DNA of 64,000 nt. Source: Ponticaulis sp. GTDB taxonomy: Bacteria > Pseudomonadota > Alphaproteobacteria > Caulobacterales > Hyphomonadaceae. Below the pieces are notes generated by a model. That model saw only the letters and a list, made by a program, of their open reading frames with translations, was not told where the DNA came from and did not search any database. Positions 1 through 9,208 of the stretch are shown piece by piece. The translations under genes and the position numbers were made by a program. The stretch covers positions 53,986-117,985 of the forward strand of contig NZUJ01000124.1 of the NCBI GenBank assembly GCA_002701295.1. The letters run 5' to 3'. The number at the start of each line of letters is the position of its first letter. Position 1 is the stretch's first letter.

Positions 1-479
1 GTATAGCACCAGCTGACCATGTCAGCGATCAGACGCATGCTGGGCTTTGGCGGAAACACATATGTTCCGCGTGACAGATATTCCTTGATGATGTCGTTCT
101 GCGTCGTACCACGAAGAGCCTTGCGGTCAGCGCCCTGCTCGTCGGCCAATGCCACATATAGCGCGAGCATCCAGGCGGCTGGCGCATTGATCGTCATCGA
201 AGTGTTCATTTCCGCGACCGGGATCTGATCAAACAGGGTCCGCATGTCGCCCAGATGGCCGATCGGAACACCTACTTTACCGACTTCGCCCCGCGACAGA
301 ACATGATCGGCATCATAAGCCGTCTGTGTCGGCAGGTCGAAGGCGATGGACAAGCCTGTCTGACCCTTGGCGAGGTTTTTCCGATAAAGCGCGTTTGATT
401 CGGCAGCCGTTGAATGGCCCGCATAGGTGCGGAAAATCCAGGGCCTGTCGGCTTTGTGCTGGTAAGGCGTCTCAGTCAT
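1..479 (-). CDS. ecm: Ethylmalonyl-CoA mutase (MeaA/Ecm), 5' part; runs off the left window edge
   Basis: Not in the ORF track; manual translation from ATG 479 gives [23 protein letters not shown]...[18 protein letters not shown]...EVGKVGVPI...TSMTINAPA...[17 protein letters not shown]; divergent from ccr. Confidence 0.9.
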   Translation of the reverse strand, partial: MTETPYQHKADRPWIFRTYAGHSTAAESNALYRKNLAKGQTGLSIAFDLPTQTAYDADHVLSRGEVGKVGVPIGHLGDMRTLFDQIPVAEMNTSMTINAPAAWMLALYVALADEQGADRKALRGTTQNDIIKEYLSRGTYVFPPKPSMRLIADMVSWCY

Positions 480-743
480 TTTGTTTTCTCCCGGCGGCGA
501 GATAACCGCAGAAAAATGTGCAATGCAACATTTTCGAGGGTGTGACACGGTTGCTCACCCTCTCGAAAGCGCCGAATTTTCACCAAATGCGGGAAAAACA
601 GGTCATTATGCGACGTTAGAATTATTGCACCGCAACACAAACCTGTTGACTCTCCGGTTTCAATCGTCAGGTTACGGAGATCAAATCGCTGTGAGACGGA
701 CAACCCGCCACAGCTTCAGTGTCTCAATGCTGGGGAGAAACTT

Positions 744-2018
744 ATGTCGGCTACACAAGCCCGCGAACAAAAAGATTTGTACGACGTTGGTGAGATTCCA
801 CCGGAATTCCACGTCCCAAAATTCATGCATGCCTGGTCGATTCGTCGTGAACGCCATGGCCGCCCGAATCAGGCAATGCAGCTGGAGCAGGTGCCTGTTC
901 CTGAAATTGATTCGGACGAAGTGCTCGTCCTCGTCATGGCTGCAGGCGTCAATTATAACGGCGTCTGGGCTGGTCTGGGCGAACCGATTTCACCTTTTGA
1001 TGTCCACAAAGCAGACTTCCACGTCGCAGGTTCTGATGCCTCTGGTATCGTCTGGGCTGTTGGTCGCAAAGTGACCCGCGTCAAACCAGGCGACGAAGTG
1101 GTTATCCACTGTAACCAGGATGATGGCGACGACGAAGAATGTAATGGCGGCGACCCGATGTTCTCGCCGAGCCAGCGCATCTGGGGTTATGAAACGCCGG
1201 ATGGGTCTTTCGCGCAATTCTGTCGCGTTCAGGCGCGTCAGTGCATGCCGCGCCCGAAGCATCTGACATGGGAAGAAAGCGCCTGTTACACGCTGACGCT
1301 CGCGACCGCTTACCGTATGCTGTTTGGCCACCGTCCGCATATTCTGCGTCCGGGTGAAAACGTTCTCGTCTGGGGGGCATCTGGCGGTCTGGGCTCATTC
1401 GCGACACAGCTTTGCGCCGTGACGGGTGCGCATGCGATTGGTGTGGTCTCAGATGACTCCAAGCGCGACTTCGTGATGAGCATGGGCGCCAAAGCCACGC
1501 TGAACCGGAAGGACTTCAACTGTTGGGGCCAGCTGCCGACAGTGAACGGCCCTGAGTTCAATGACTACATGAAAGAGTGCCGGAAGTTCGGTAAGGCAAT
1601 CTGGGAAATCACCGGCAAGAAAGACGTCGACATGGTGTTCGAGCACCCTGGCGAGTCAACAATGCCTGTGTCTGTCTTCGTTGTGAAACGTGGCGGCATG
1701 GTGGTGATTTGTGCGGGGACGACCGGCTTTAATCTGACCATGGATGCACGCTTCCTCTGGATGCGTCAGAAGCGGGTTCAGGGCTCTCACTTTGCGAACC
1801 TGAAACAGGCATCTCAGGCAAACCAGCTGGTCATCGACCGCCGGATCGACCCGTGCATGTCTGAGGTCTTCCCTTGGTCTGACATTCCGGAAGCCCACGA
1901 GAAAATGCTCGATAACCGCCACCTGCCAGGCAATATGGCTGTCCTCGTGACATCGCCGAAGCCAGGCTTGCGCACGGTCGAAGACGTGCTGGAAGTTGGC
2001 CCGCTTAAAACAAACTAA
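744..2018 (+). CDS. ccr: Crotonyl-CoA carboxylase/reductase
   Basis: MDR fold; MAAGVNYNG, FHVAGSDASG, IWGYETPDGSFAQF, ARFLWMRQKRVQGSHFA; GGAGA RBS. Confidence 0.95.
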   Translation: MSATQAREQKDLYDVGEIPPEFHVPKFMHAWSIRRERHGRPNQAMQLEQVPVPEIDSDEVLVLVMAAGVNYNGVWAGLGEPISPFDVHKADFHVAGSDASGIVWAVGRKVTRVKPGDEVVIHCNQDDGDDEECNGGDPMFSPSQRIWGYETPDGSFAQFCRVQARQCMPRPKHLTWEESACYTLTLATAYRMLFGHRPHILRPGENVLVWGASGGLGSFATQLCAVTGAHAIGVVSDDSKRDFVMSMGAKATLNRKDFNCWGQLPTVNGPEFNDYMKECRKFGKAIWEITGKKDVDMVFEHPGESTMPVSVFVVKRGGMVVICAGTTGFNLTMDARFLWMRQKRVQGSHFANLKQASQANQLVIDRRIDPCMSEVFPWSDIPEAHEKMLDNRHLPGNMAVLVTSPKPGLRTVEDVLEVGPLKTN

Positions 2019-2039
2019 GCGCTTCAGTACCATGAACAG

Positions 2040-2069
2040 AAAAGCCGGGCATCTTGCCCGGCTTTTTTT
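2040..2069 (+). terminator. Rho-independent terminator after ccr (probably bidirectional)
   Basis: AAA-AGCCGGGCA-tct-TGCCCGGCT-TTTTTT. Confidence 0.85.
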
Positions 2070-2100
2070 GTGTTCCATCGAGGGACCGATGACACCCTTG

Positions 2101-2892
2101 TCAGACGTTCACAAGTCTGGGTGCGTCCGCCTTGAGGCCTAGCCGGGTGATAACACGGCTGGCCAGACGATTAGCCTCCGTTCGCGCGGCCAGAAGACTG
2201 CGCTGTACTGGCTCACCAGCAATATCATCCATGGGCGTGATGCCCGTTTCCATCATGTTGCGATAACCCACACGATCGACCAGACCATCAATCAGGCGAA
2301 TATTGGCTTCTTCGGTGAATGTGCGCAGACGATCTCGCACACTGTCGCCAACGCGCGTACGCAAATGCGACCGGCGGTTCAGACACAGGAACCATTCAAA
2401 ATCGGTTTTGTTGGATTTTTCAGCATGACGACGCACGAGATCGATCAGTTGCGCATAAGGGCGGACAGCCTGCATGCTCGGGCCATTGGTTGGCATAATC
2501 TGGTAAAGGTCGATCGGGCTCTCGGTCACTGTCGTGATGACCAGATCAGCCATAAGGTGCGCCGCAATGACTTCTGGTTTCCAGACCGATGTGGTGTCGA
2601 TGACAAGAACGTCTACACCATCCTGGGCTGCTTCGCTCTTGGCCTGGCGAAAACTGATCTGCCAGTCCTGAACATCCGGCTGACCACCAGACATCATCAG
2701 ATCATCGATTTCCGGGCAATCAAGATCGGCGAACTCCCGGCAAGCCTGAAAGCGCGCCAGCGGCTTGGTGGATGTTTCAAGTTCAATGAGCCGGGTTTTA
2801 AGGCCGCGAAGCGCCAGAGCCGTTCCGAGAACAGCCCCCAGCGTTGTCTTGCCTGTGCCACCCTTAAAACTTCCGATCGTGACGGTTTTCAT
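2101..2892 (-). CDS. Divergent MipZ/ParA-family ATPase
   Basis: Deviant Walker A KGGTGKTT; MipZ-like AHxxADLVIT, WFLCLNR, DRVGYR and C-terminal AARxE motifs. Confidence 0.7.
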   Translation of the reverse strand: MKTVTIGSFKGGTGKTTLGAVLGTALALRGLKTRLIELETSTKPLARFQACREFADLDCPEIDDLMMSGGQPDVQDWQISFRQAKSEAAQDGVDVLVIDTTSVWKPEVIAAHLMADLVITTVTESPIDLYQIMPTNGPSMQAVRPYAQLIDLVRRHAEKSNKTDFEWFLCLNRRSHLRTRVGDSVRDRLRTFTEEANIRLIDGLVDRVGYRNMMETGITPMDDIAGEPVQRSLLAARTEANRLASRVITRLGLKADAPRLVNV

Positions 2893-3148
2893 AACGGCCC
2901 CTTTCCAGCAGCGTCAGTTCCACGCGTTGCACCTTCAAGGTCCCCAGCAACTCGCATACCAACACACTTCACCTACCAGGCTAGTCAGTTAACTACAAAA
3001 TCGCCAGAAGTCGGGCCATTGTTCAAGATAAAACCGGAAAGTTTCCTCAAAATTTGCCGGATTAGCGGTCAATTCTTGTGAGCTGGCCAATTTTGGCACA
3101 CGTCAGAAAAGAAGGTTCAGAAGTTAATTCCCGTCATGGGCGTGTACG

Positions 3149-3179
3149 AAAAAGCCCCGACAGACAGACTGCCGGGGCT
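3149..3179 (-). terminator. Rho-independent terminator of the acyl-CoA dehydrogenase operon
   Basis: AGCCCCG...CGGGGCT stem with an A-run on the + strand (U-run on the - strand). Confidence 0.7.
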
Positions 3180-3207
3180 ATAATCTCAGATATTTCAGAC
3201 CGCCAGA

Positions 3208-4344
3208 CTAGAAGCCCAGCAGATCCGCATAGCGTTCGCGGTGATACCCTTCACCACCATAAAGTGCTTCCTGAACGCGGGCACGTTTGATGTAGAAACC
3301 AGAGTCGTGCTCGTCTGTCATGCCGATACCGCCATGCATCTGGATGGTCTCGTTAGACACCAGGTGCACCAGTTTGGAGGCGCGCGCCTTGGCGAGTGAA
3401 GCGAGTTCAGAAATATCATCGCTACCCTGATCGAGCGCATTGAGCGCCGCAGCAATGCATGAGCGTGTCTGTTCCATTTCCGAGAACATGATGGCCGCGC
3501 GGTGCTGCAATGACTGGAACGAGCCAATCAGCTGACCGAACTGCTTACGAGTCTGCAGGTATTCATGCGTCATCTCAAATGCAGCTTCAGACGACCCAAG
3601 CATTTCGGCCGCAAGTCCAATGCATGCACGATCAAGAACAGGCTCCAGAATTGCCCAGCCGCCATCAACAGGGCCAAGCACATCTGCATTCGGAACGACA
3701 ACGCCATCGAGCGTGAGGTTCGCTGCGCCGTGATAATCGAGCGTGTTGAGCTCGGTCACTGTCAGACCGTCAGTTTCGCGCGGGATCATAAACAGTGTGA
3801 GGCCGTTCGTATCGCCCGGTTCTCCTGATGTCCGCGCCACCAGAATGAACAGGTCAGCGAAATGACCATTTGCAACAAAGGTCTTCTTGCCTTCGAGCGT
3901 GAAGGCACCGCCCGTGGCCACTGCTTTGAGTGACGTGTTGGCAGGCGTATGGTGAGCCGTCTCATCAACAGCCAGTGCCGTTGTGATCTTTCCCTCAGCG
4001 ATCTTCGGCAACAGCGTCGCCTTCTGTTCGTCTGACCCGCCAAGCACAATGGCAGACACACCGATCAGCGCCGTCTGAAGCAGAGGCGTTGGCGCGAGGG
4101 TCCGGCCCTGGGCTTCAAGCACCTGACCGAGGCCGACATAGCCGAATTCCGATCCGCCGAATTCCTCGGGAATGAGAACACCAGCCCAGCCCATTTCAGC
4201 CATGCTGTTCCAGCTTTCCGGGTCCTTGCCGTTCGCGCCGGCATTCCGCTTCTCGCGGAAGTATTTGAGAGAGAGCTGCTCTGCGGTGAAATCGCGAGCG
4301 GCTTCCTTGAGCATGTTCTGCTCTTCAGTAAGTACAAAAGTCAT
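3208..4344 (-). CDS. Acyl-CoA dehydrogenase (PimD-like subunit)
   Basis: ACAD fold; RKQFGQLIGSFQSLQHR, QMHGGIGMTDEH. Confidence 0.9.
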   Translation of the reverse strand: MTFVLTEEQNMLKEAARDFTAEQLSLKYFREKRNAGANGKDPESWNSMAEMGWAGVLIPEEFGGSEFGYVGLGQVLEAQGRTLAPTPLLQTALIGVSAIVLGGSDEQKATLLPKIAEGKITTALAVDETAHHTPANTSLKAVATGGAFTLEGKKTFVANGHFADLFILVARTSGEPGDTNGLTLFMIPRETDGLTVTELNTLDYHGAANLTLDGVVVPNADVLGPVDGGWAILEPVLDRACIGLAAEMLGSSEAAFEMTHEYLQTRKQFGQLIGSFQSLQHRAAIMFSEMEQTRSCIAAALNALDQGSDDISELASLAKARASKLVHLVSNETIQMHGGIGMTDEHDSGFYIKRARVQEALYGGEGYHRERYADLLGF

Positions 4345-4673
4345 TTGAATGTTTCCTCGTAGGATTTGACTTCATTCGGCGTGCCGTATTTCTCGACCCA
4401 GATTTCTCTGAAGGGCTTCGCAACCTTGAACCCCAGAAAGAAAAACAGGGGCCATATGCCTGCGATGATCAGAATAATCAGACCGAGAGCGGGGTTGAGT
4501 ATCGTGGCCCCCTGCCTCGCGGCGATTGGAGAGATGATCAACCCGACACTTACAAGCGCTCCGATGCAGATGCTGGCCCAAAATACCCGCAGGTCATGAC
4601 GGAACACCCCACAAATAACGCCAGAAATCAGCGGAATTCCGAAAAGTGCGATTGGGCCTACAATCTGAAGCAA
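4341..4673 (-). CDS. Hypothetical membrane protein (about 3 TM), inserted between the paired acyl-CoA dehydrogenases
   Basis: Hydrophobic segments; ATGA overlap with the downstream gene. Confidence 0.65.
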   Translation of the reverse strand: MLQIVGPIALFGIPLISGVICGVFRHDLRVFWASICIGALVSVGLIISPIAARQGATILNPALGLIILIIAGIWPLFFFLGFKVAKPFREIWVEKYGTPNEVKSYEETFK

Positions 4674-4681
4674 ATCAATGA

Positions 4682-5899
4682 TTACCCTTTATGATCCTTA
4701 AGGCCGAGCACGCGCTTGGCGACGACGTTGAGATTGATCTCGGACGTTCCGCCCTCAATCGAGTTTGCCTTAGCCCGCAGCATGGCTTTTGGTGCCATCA
4801 GCTCGTGCTCGGAATAGCCTTCGCCTTCCCAACCGAGTCCCTGCGCGCCCATGGCCTCAACCGTGAATTCGGTCTTCGCCTGATTGAGCTTCGCCGCCGC
4901 GTATTTGATGATGCTGGCCGTGTGGCCGACTTCTTCACCGGCCTTCGCCTGCTCAGCCGAGCGCGCGATCGTCAGTTTAAAGGCTTTATCTGCCATCATC
5001 ACATCCGCAAGACGCGAGCGCATGTCTGCATCAGCAAGTTTGCCGTCTGCCGTTGTGCCGACATAGTGCTTGGCGATTTCTGGCAGTTCAGGCGAGCCCG
5101 AACGCGCGCTGCCAAAGCCTGTCGCAGAAATGTTTGACCGCTCATACTGCAAAAGACGCTTGGCAATTTCCCAACCGCCATTGAGGCGACCGACCAGCTG
5201 GTCTTTCGGCACTTTCACGTCATTGAAGAAGGTCTCGCAGAATGGAGACGACCCAGAGATGAGTTTGATCGGGCGGGCTTCAACGCCTTCGCTTTCCATG
5301 TCGAACAAGACAAAGGAAATGCCTTCATGCTTGACCGAGGTGTCGGTCCGCACAAGACAGAAAATCCAGTCGGCTTCGTCAGCATAAGACGTCCAGACTT
5401 TCTGGCCATTGATCAGCCAGTGGTCGCCCTTGTCTTCACATTTCGTCTGCAGACCAGCAAGGTCAGATCCTGCGCCCGGTTCAGAATACCCCTGACACCA
5501 GCGGATCTTGCCGTTCACGATATCCGGAATGAATTTCAGCTTCTGTTCGTGAGTTGCGTATTCCAGAAGAACCGGGCCGAGCATCCAGAGGCCGAATGAG
5601 TTCAGCGCGTGACGCGCCTCAATGCGCTTCAGCTCTTGTTGGAGGATGAGGTTTTCGTCTTTCGAAAGGCCACCACCGCCATACTCTTTTGGCCAGGTCG
5701 GCGCGGTCCAGCCTTTGGACGCCATGCGCTCGAGCCAGAGTTTGCTTTCCGGGTTTTTGAACTTTTCCCGACGTCCACCCCAGACAACTTCGTCTTCGGT
5801 CTGTGGTGTGCGCATGCTTGGCGGGCAATTTTCTTCCAGCCAGGCGCGCGTTTCCGCCCGGAAAGCGTCCAGTGCCGGATCCATTCCGTCTGCCATCAT
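4682..5899 (-). CDS. Acyl-CoA dehydrogenase (PimC-like subunit)
   Basis: WCQGYSEPGAGSDLA, INGQKVWTS, SIEGGTSEI; start moved to ATG 5899 behind GGGAGA. Confidence 0.9.
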   Translation of the reverse strand: MMADGMDPALDAFRAETRAWLEENCPPSMRTPQTEDEVVWGGRREKFKNPESKLWLERMASKGWTAPTWPKEYGGGGLSKDENLILQQELKRIEARHALNSFGLWMLGPVLLEYATHEQKLKFIPDIVNGKIRWCQGYSEPGAGSDLAGLQTKCEDKGDHWLINGQKVWTSYADEADWIFCLVRTDTSVKHEGISFVLFDMESEGVEARPIKLISGSSPFCETFFNDVKVPKDQLVGRLNGGWEIAKRLLQYERSNISATGFGSARSGSPELPEIAKHYVGTTADGKLADADMRSRLADVMMADKAFKLTIARSAEQAKAGEEVGHTASIIKYAAAKLNQAKTEFTVEAMGAQGLGWEGEGYSEHELMAPKAMLRAKANSIEGGTSEINLNVVAKRVLGLKDHKG

Positions 5900-6063
5900 C
5901 TTTCTCCCTTGCGACAGGCCGACGAGCGGCCTTTTTAACAGCTTGCGATAGTAAACTATCGTCAATTTCAAAGACTACTCATCTGTTCTGAGCAAATCTA
6001 GCCTTACCTAAGGGAGACTATGGCAAAAAATCTGGCGGAATTCCAATTTCGAATTGGCAATCC

Positions 6064-6300
6064 TCAACCAAAGCGACCGCCAAGCAGGCCTTTTCCCGGA
6101 CCTGTTTCATATCCGAATATATTGACGATGTGCACCAACATCAGGAAGGCAACAAATCCGGAAAGGATCATGAGGAACCTCCAGGGCAGTCTTTTCGGTT
6201 TCATGTCATCGCGCGGCAGACCCGATCGCCATGAACAGAATGCGGCGAAACCGGCGGCCATAACGAGACCCGCGAGAGTGAGAAGCAAATGAAGTGACAT
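6064..6300 (-). CDS. Small 2-TM hypothetical protein
   Basis: Two hydrophobic segments separated by PKRLPW; GGAGA RBS upstream. Confidence 0.65.
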   Translation of the reverse strand: MSLHLLLTLAGLVMAAGFAAFCSWRSGLPRDDMKPKRLPWRFLMILSGFVAFLMLVHIVNIFGYETGPGKGLLGGRFG

Positions 6301-6518
6301 GACTGACCGGAGAGACTTTCCCGCTTATTGCCGGTTCAGATAGCGCCTTGATCATAAGGTTCAACCATCTGTCAGATGGAATTCGATTGATGTGCAGGGA
6401 ACTTCAGCACCGCCAGAGTTTTAATCAGGTATCACAACTGGCCCGTTGACTGACCCGGAACAATTGACCCAATCCACACGAGCGGCGCCTAATCGAATAA
6501 ACCGAAGGAAGGATGTTC

Positions 6519-7745
6519 ATGTCAGCGACACAGGCGACTGATGCAACCGAACCCCTGGCTGGCCTGATCGGCGACGTCACAATGCAGAACCTGATCGCGA
6601 TTGGCGGCCTGATTGGCGCAGTCATAATTGCGCTGGTGGTCCATCACTTTGTCTATGGTGTTGCGCTCAAATCATCCGGCAAAAAGCGTGACGGACTGAT
6701 ATTCCGCATCCTTCGAAAAACGCGAACCGTGACCCGACTTGCGCTTATTGTACTGGCGGTCGAAATCACCTTGCCCTTCATCAGTATGCCGGAAAGGTGG
6801 ACCGAGCTTGTCGGGCAAGTCATCACCCTTCTTCTGATCGGCCTGTGCGGACTTCTCGCCAATCAGCTGGTGAACGTTCTGACCGACGCGCGCATGTCGC
6901 GTTATGATATCAATGCCGAAGACAATCTCGAGGCCCGCCGCGTTGCGACGCGGATGAAAGTTCTTCGCCAGATGTCGACCATGTTGATTCTTCTGGTGAC
7001 TGTCGGCGCCATGCTGATGACCTTCCCAAGTGTCCGTGCCATCGGCCTCTCTCTGTTTGCCTCCGCAGGTGTGGCCGGGATTGTGATCGGCTTTGCGGCG
7101 CAGCCCGTGCTGTCCAACCTGCTCGCCGGTATTCAGATTGCGCTTACCCAGCCGATCCGGATCGGTGATGCCGTCATCATGGAGAACGAGTGGGGCTGGA
7201 TCGAAGAAATCACCGCCACTTATGTCGTCGTCAAAATATGGGATTGGCGACGACTGGTCATTCCCCTCACACAGGTCATTCAAAAACCGTTTCAGAACTG
7301 GACCCGCGAAACTGCGAGCATTATCGGCAGCGTCGTCTGGTATCTCGATTATACCGCGCCGGTGAATGAAATGCGGGTGAAGCTGAAGGAGTTTCTGGAC
7401 GAATCCGAATTGTGGGACGGCGATGTTCAGGTGCTTCAGGTCATCGACACCACCGAAGAAACCATGCAATTGCGTGCCCTGATGAGCGCCAAGAACTCGC
7501 CTGTCGCCTGGGATTTGCGCTGCGAAATTCGTGAGAAAATGATCCGGTGGTTACAGGAAAATCATGCATCCGCTCTGCCGCGACGCCGTGGTCAGCTGCA
7601 GATTGATCAGTCTGAAATCGAAATCACGTCAGGCGAAGACCCAACAGGCAGCGAAGCTGGCATGTCAGATCAGATCAAACATCCTGAGCCTGACGATCCG
7701 GTGGATACCAGCCATCATGATGACCCGTCCGCTCCTACCCGGTGA
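6519..7745 (+). CDS. Small-conductance mechanosensitive channel (MscS family)
   Basis: ASAGVAGIVIGFAAQ, NLLAGIQIALTQPIRIGD, GWIEEIT. Confidence 0.9.
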   Translation: MSATQATDATEPLAGLIGDVTMQNLIAIGGLIGAVIIALVVHHFVYGVALKSSGKKRDGLIFRILRKTRTVTRLALIVLAVEITLPFISMPERWTELVGQVITLLLIGLCGLLANQLVNVLTDARMSRYDINAEDNLEARRVATRMKVLRQMSTMLILLVTVGAMLMTFPSVRAIGLSLFASAGVAGIVIGFAAQPVLSNLLAGIQIALTQPIRIGDAVIMENEWGWIEEITATYVVVKIWDWRRLVIPLTQVIQKPFQNWTRETASIIGSVVWYLDYTAPVNEMRVKLKEFLDESELWDGDVQVLQVIDTTEETMQLRALMSAKNSPVAWDLRCEIREKMIRWLQENHASALPRRRGQLQIDQSEIEITSGEDPTGSEAGMSDQIKHPEPDDPVDTSHHDDPSAPTR

Positions 7746-8677
7746 GCCTTGCTCGTCGATGTGAACGCGCGGGAAGCTTCCTCGAAGACCATGGCGTGAA
7801 GACGGGCAAGGTGCTGAACGTCCTGGCTGTATCCGCCACCCATGACGCAGACCAGCGGCAGGCCCCGCTCCCGGATGCGGCGGATAACTAACGCGTCCCG
7901 TTTGCGAATGCCCTGATCCGTCAGGCTCAGCTTCCCCAGCCGGTCATCGGCGTGTGGATCTACGCCCGCGTTATAAAAGACGATATCAGGTTGGAACGAC
8001 CCGAGTGACGCGGCCAGTCCTCGGTCCAGTTCAGCCAGATAGGCGCCATCGTTCAGACCAGCATCAAGACCAATATCCAGACTTGATGGCACTTTCCGGA
8101 CCGGCCAGTTTGTCTCGCAATGAAGGGAGAAGGTGAATACACTGTCGTCGTGTTGGAAGATGTCCGCCGTGCCATCGCCCTGATGCACATCGCAATCAAC
8201 CACCAGCGCCCGGCTGATCTGCCTGGTGGCCTGCAACGCCCGAATGGCTACACCGACGTCATTAAAGACGCAAAACCCTGCCCCATGAGTGTATCGGGCG
8301 TGATGGCTGCCGCCCGCCGCATTGCAGGCGATTCCCTCGGCCAGAGCCGCCTTCCCGGACAGATAGGTACCCATACATGAGAGGCGCGAGCGCATGGCAA
8401 CGGCATGGGTCATTTCAAAGCCGATCGTTCTGGCTGTCCGATAGTCGACCGTCTGATCAAAGACAGCGCGGACATAATCCGGATCATGCGCCAGTGCGAT
8501 CATGTCGAAGTCCGCTGGCTTCGGCCGACGAAACGGTCTCCGCGCGGATACGAGACCGATTTCTTTCAGCACACGACCGGTCTCGCGATATTTCCGCATG
8601 GGAAAACGATGCCCGTCCGGCACGGTCTGGGCGTCATACTCATCATGATAGAAAATCGGCAGCATCTGGATGAACAT
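7715..8677 (-). CDS. Histone deacetylase family (AcuC/AphA-like) zinc amidohydrolase
   Basis: HRFPMRKY, GGSHHA, GFCVFND, VDCDVHQGDG, NAGVDPH, GGGY. Confidence 0.9.
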   Translation of the reverse strand: MFIQMLPIFYHDEYDAQTVPDGHRFPMRKYRETGRVLKEIGLVSARRPFRRPKPADFDMIALAHDPDYVRAVFDQTVDYRTARTIGFEMTHAVAMRSRLSCMGTYLSGKAALAEGIACNAAGGSHHARYTHGAGFCVFNDVGVAIRALQATRQISRALVVDCDVHQGDGTADIFQHDDSVFTFSLHCETNWPVRKVPSSLDIGLDAGLNDGAYLAELDRGLAASLGSFQPDIVFYNAGVDPHADDRLGKLSLTDQGIRKRDALVIRRIRERGLPLVCVMGGGYSQDVQHLARLHAMVFEEASRAFTSTSKAHRVGADGSS

Positions 8678-8751
8678 AGCCCTTCCAGAGACTTTAACCA
8701 GCCTCTCTGGAGAGCCTTTCTTTCCGCAGTTTCAGAGGCTTTGCCAATATT

Positions 8752-8813
8752 ACTAAATAATTAGTTGTTAGAATTCGCCGGTCGTGAGAGGGTCAATCAA
8801 CTAAGGAAATAGT
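8752..8813. promoter_or_regulatory. Two ACTA-N6-TAGT palindromes (8752-8765, 8800-8813); putative BlaI operators
   Basis: ACTA-AATAAT-TAGT and ACTA-AGGAAA-TAGT; the second covers the RBS of the BlaI-like gene. Confidence 0.6.
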
Positions 8814-8815
8814 AG

Positions 8816-9205
8816 ATGGCTCGAAAACAATCTCACCAGCTGACAGAAGCCGAGCGGCGCATCATGGATGTGCTCTGGGACTCGGGTGAAGCCAGCGTCC
8901 AGGACGTGACCGATGCGCTGACACAGGATCACCAGCTTGCTTATACCACGGTGCTGACAACAATCCGGATCATGGCTGAAAAGGGATATGTCGGCTTCCG
9001 CAAGGAAGGCCGCGCGCATATCTACCATCCGCTTCTTTCCCAGGATGCAGCGCGCAAGACAGCGCTTGGTGATGTGATGAAGGCTTTCTTTCAGGGGTCT
9101 TCGCAACGGCTCGCACAGCATCTCGTCGAGAATGAAAATCTCACACTTGAAGACATTGAACGCCTGCGCGCGGAGGTCATCCGCCGCTCTGAATCGGGGG
9201 AATAA
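8816..9205 (+). CDS. BlaI/MecI/CopY family transcriptional repressor
   Basis: LTEAERRIMDVLW, LAYTTVLT, KGYV, YHPLLS, FFQGS; directly upstream of an M56 peptidase. Confidence 0.9.
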   Translation: MARKQSHQLTEAERRIMDVLWDSGEASVQDVTDALTQDHQLAYTTVLTTIRIMAEKGYVGFRKEGRAHIYHPLLSQDAARKTALGDVMKAFFQGSSQRLAQHLVENENLTLEDIERLRAEVIRRSESGE

Positions 9206-9208
9206 GAG

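Noticed and set aside
2893-3148. CtrA boxes or an sRNA upstream of the MipZ-like gene
   Set aside because: Only TTAAC half-sites; no recognisable RNA structure
6403-6480. General-stress (EcfG/SigT) promoter for mscS
   Set aside because: GGAAC motifs are present but no CGTT lies at the required 16-17 nt spacing
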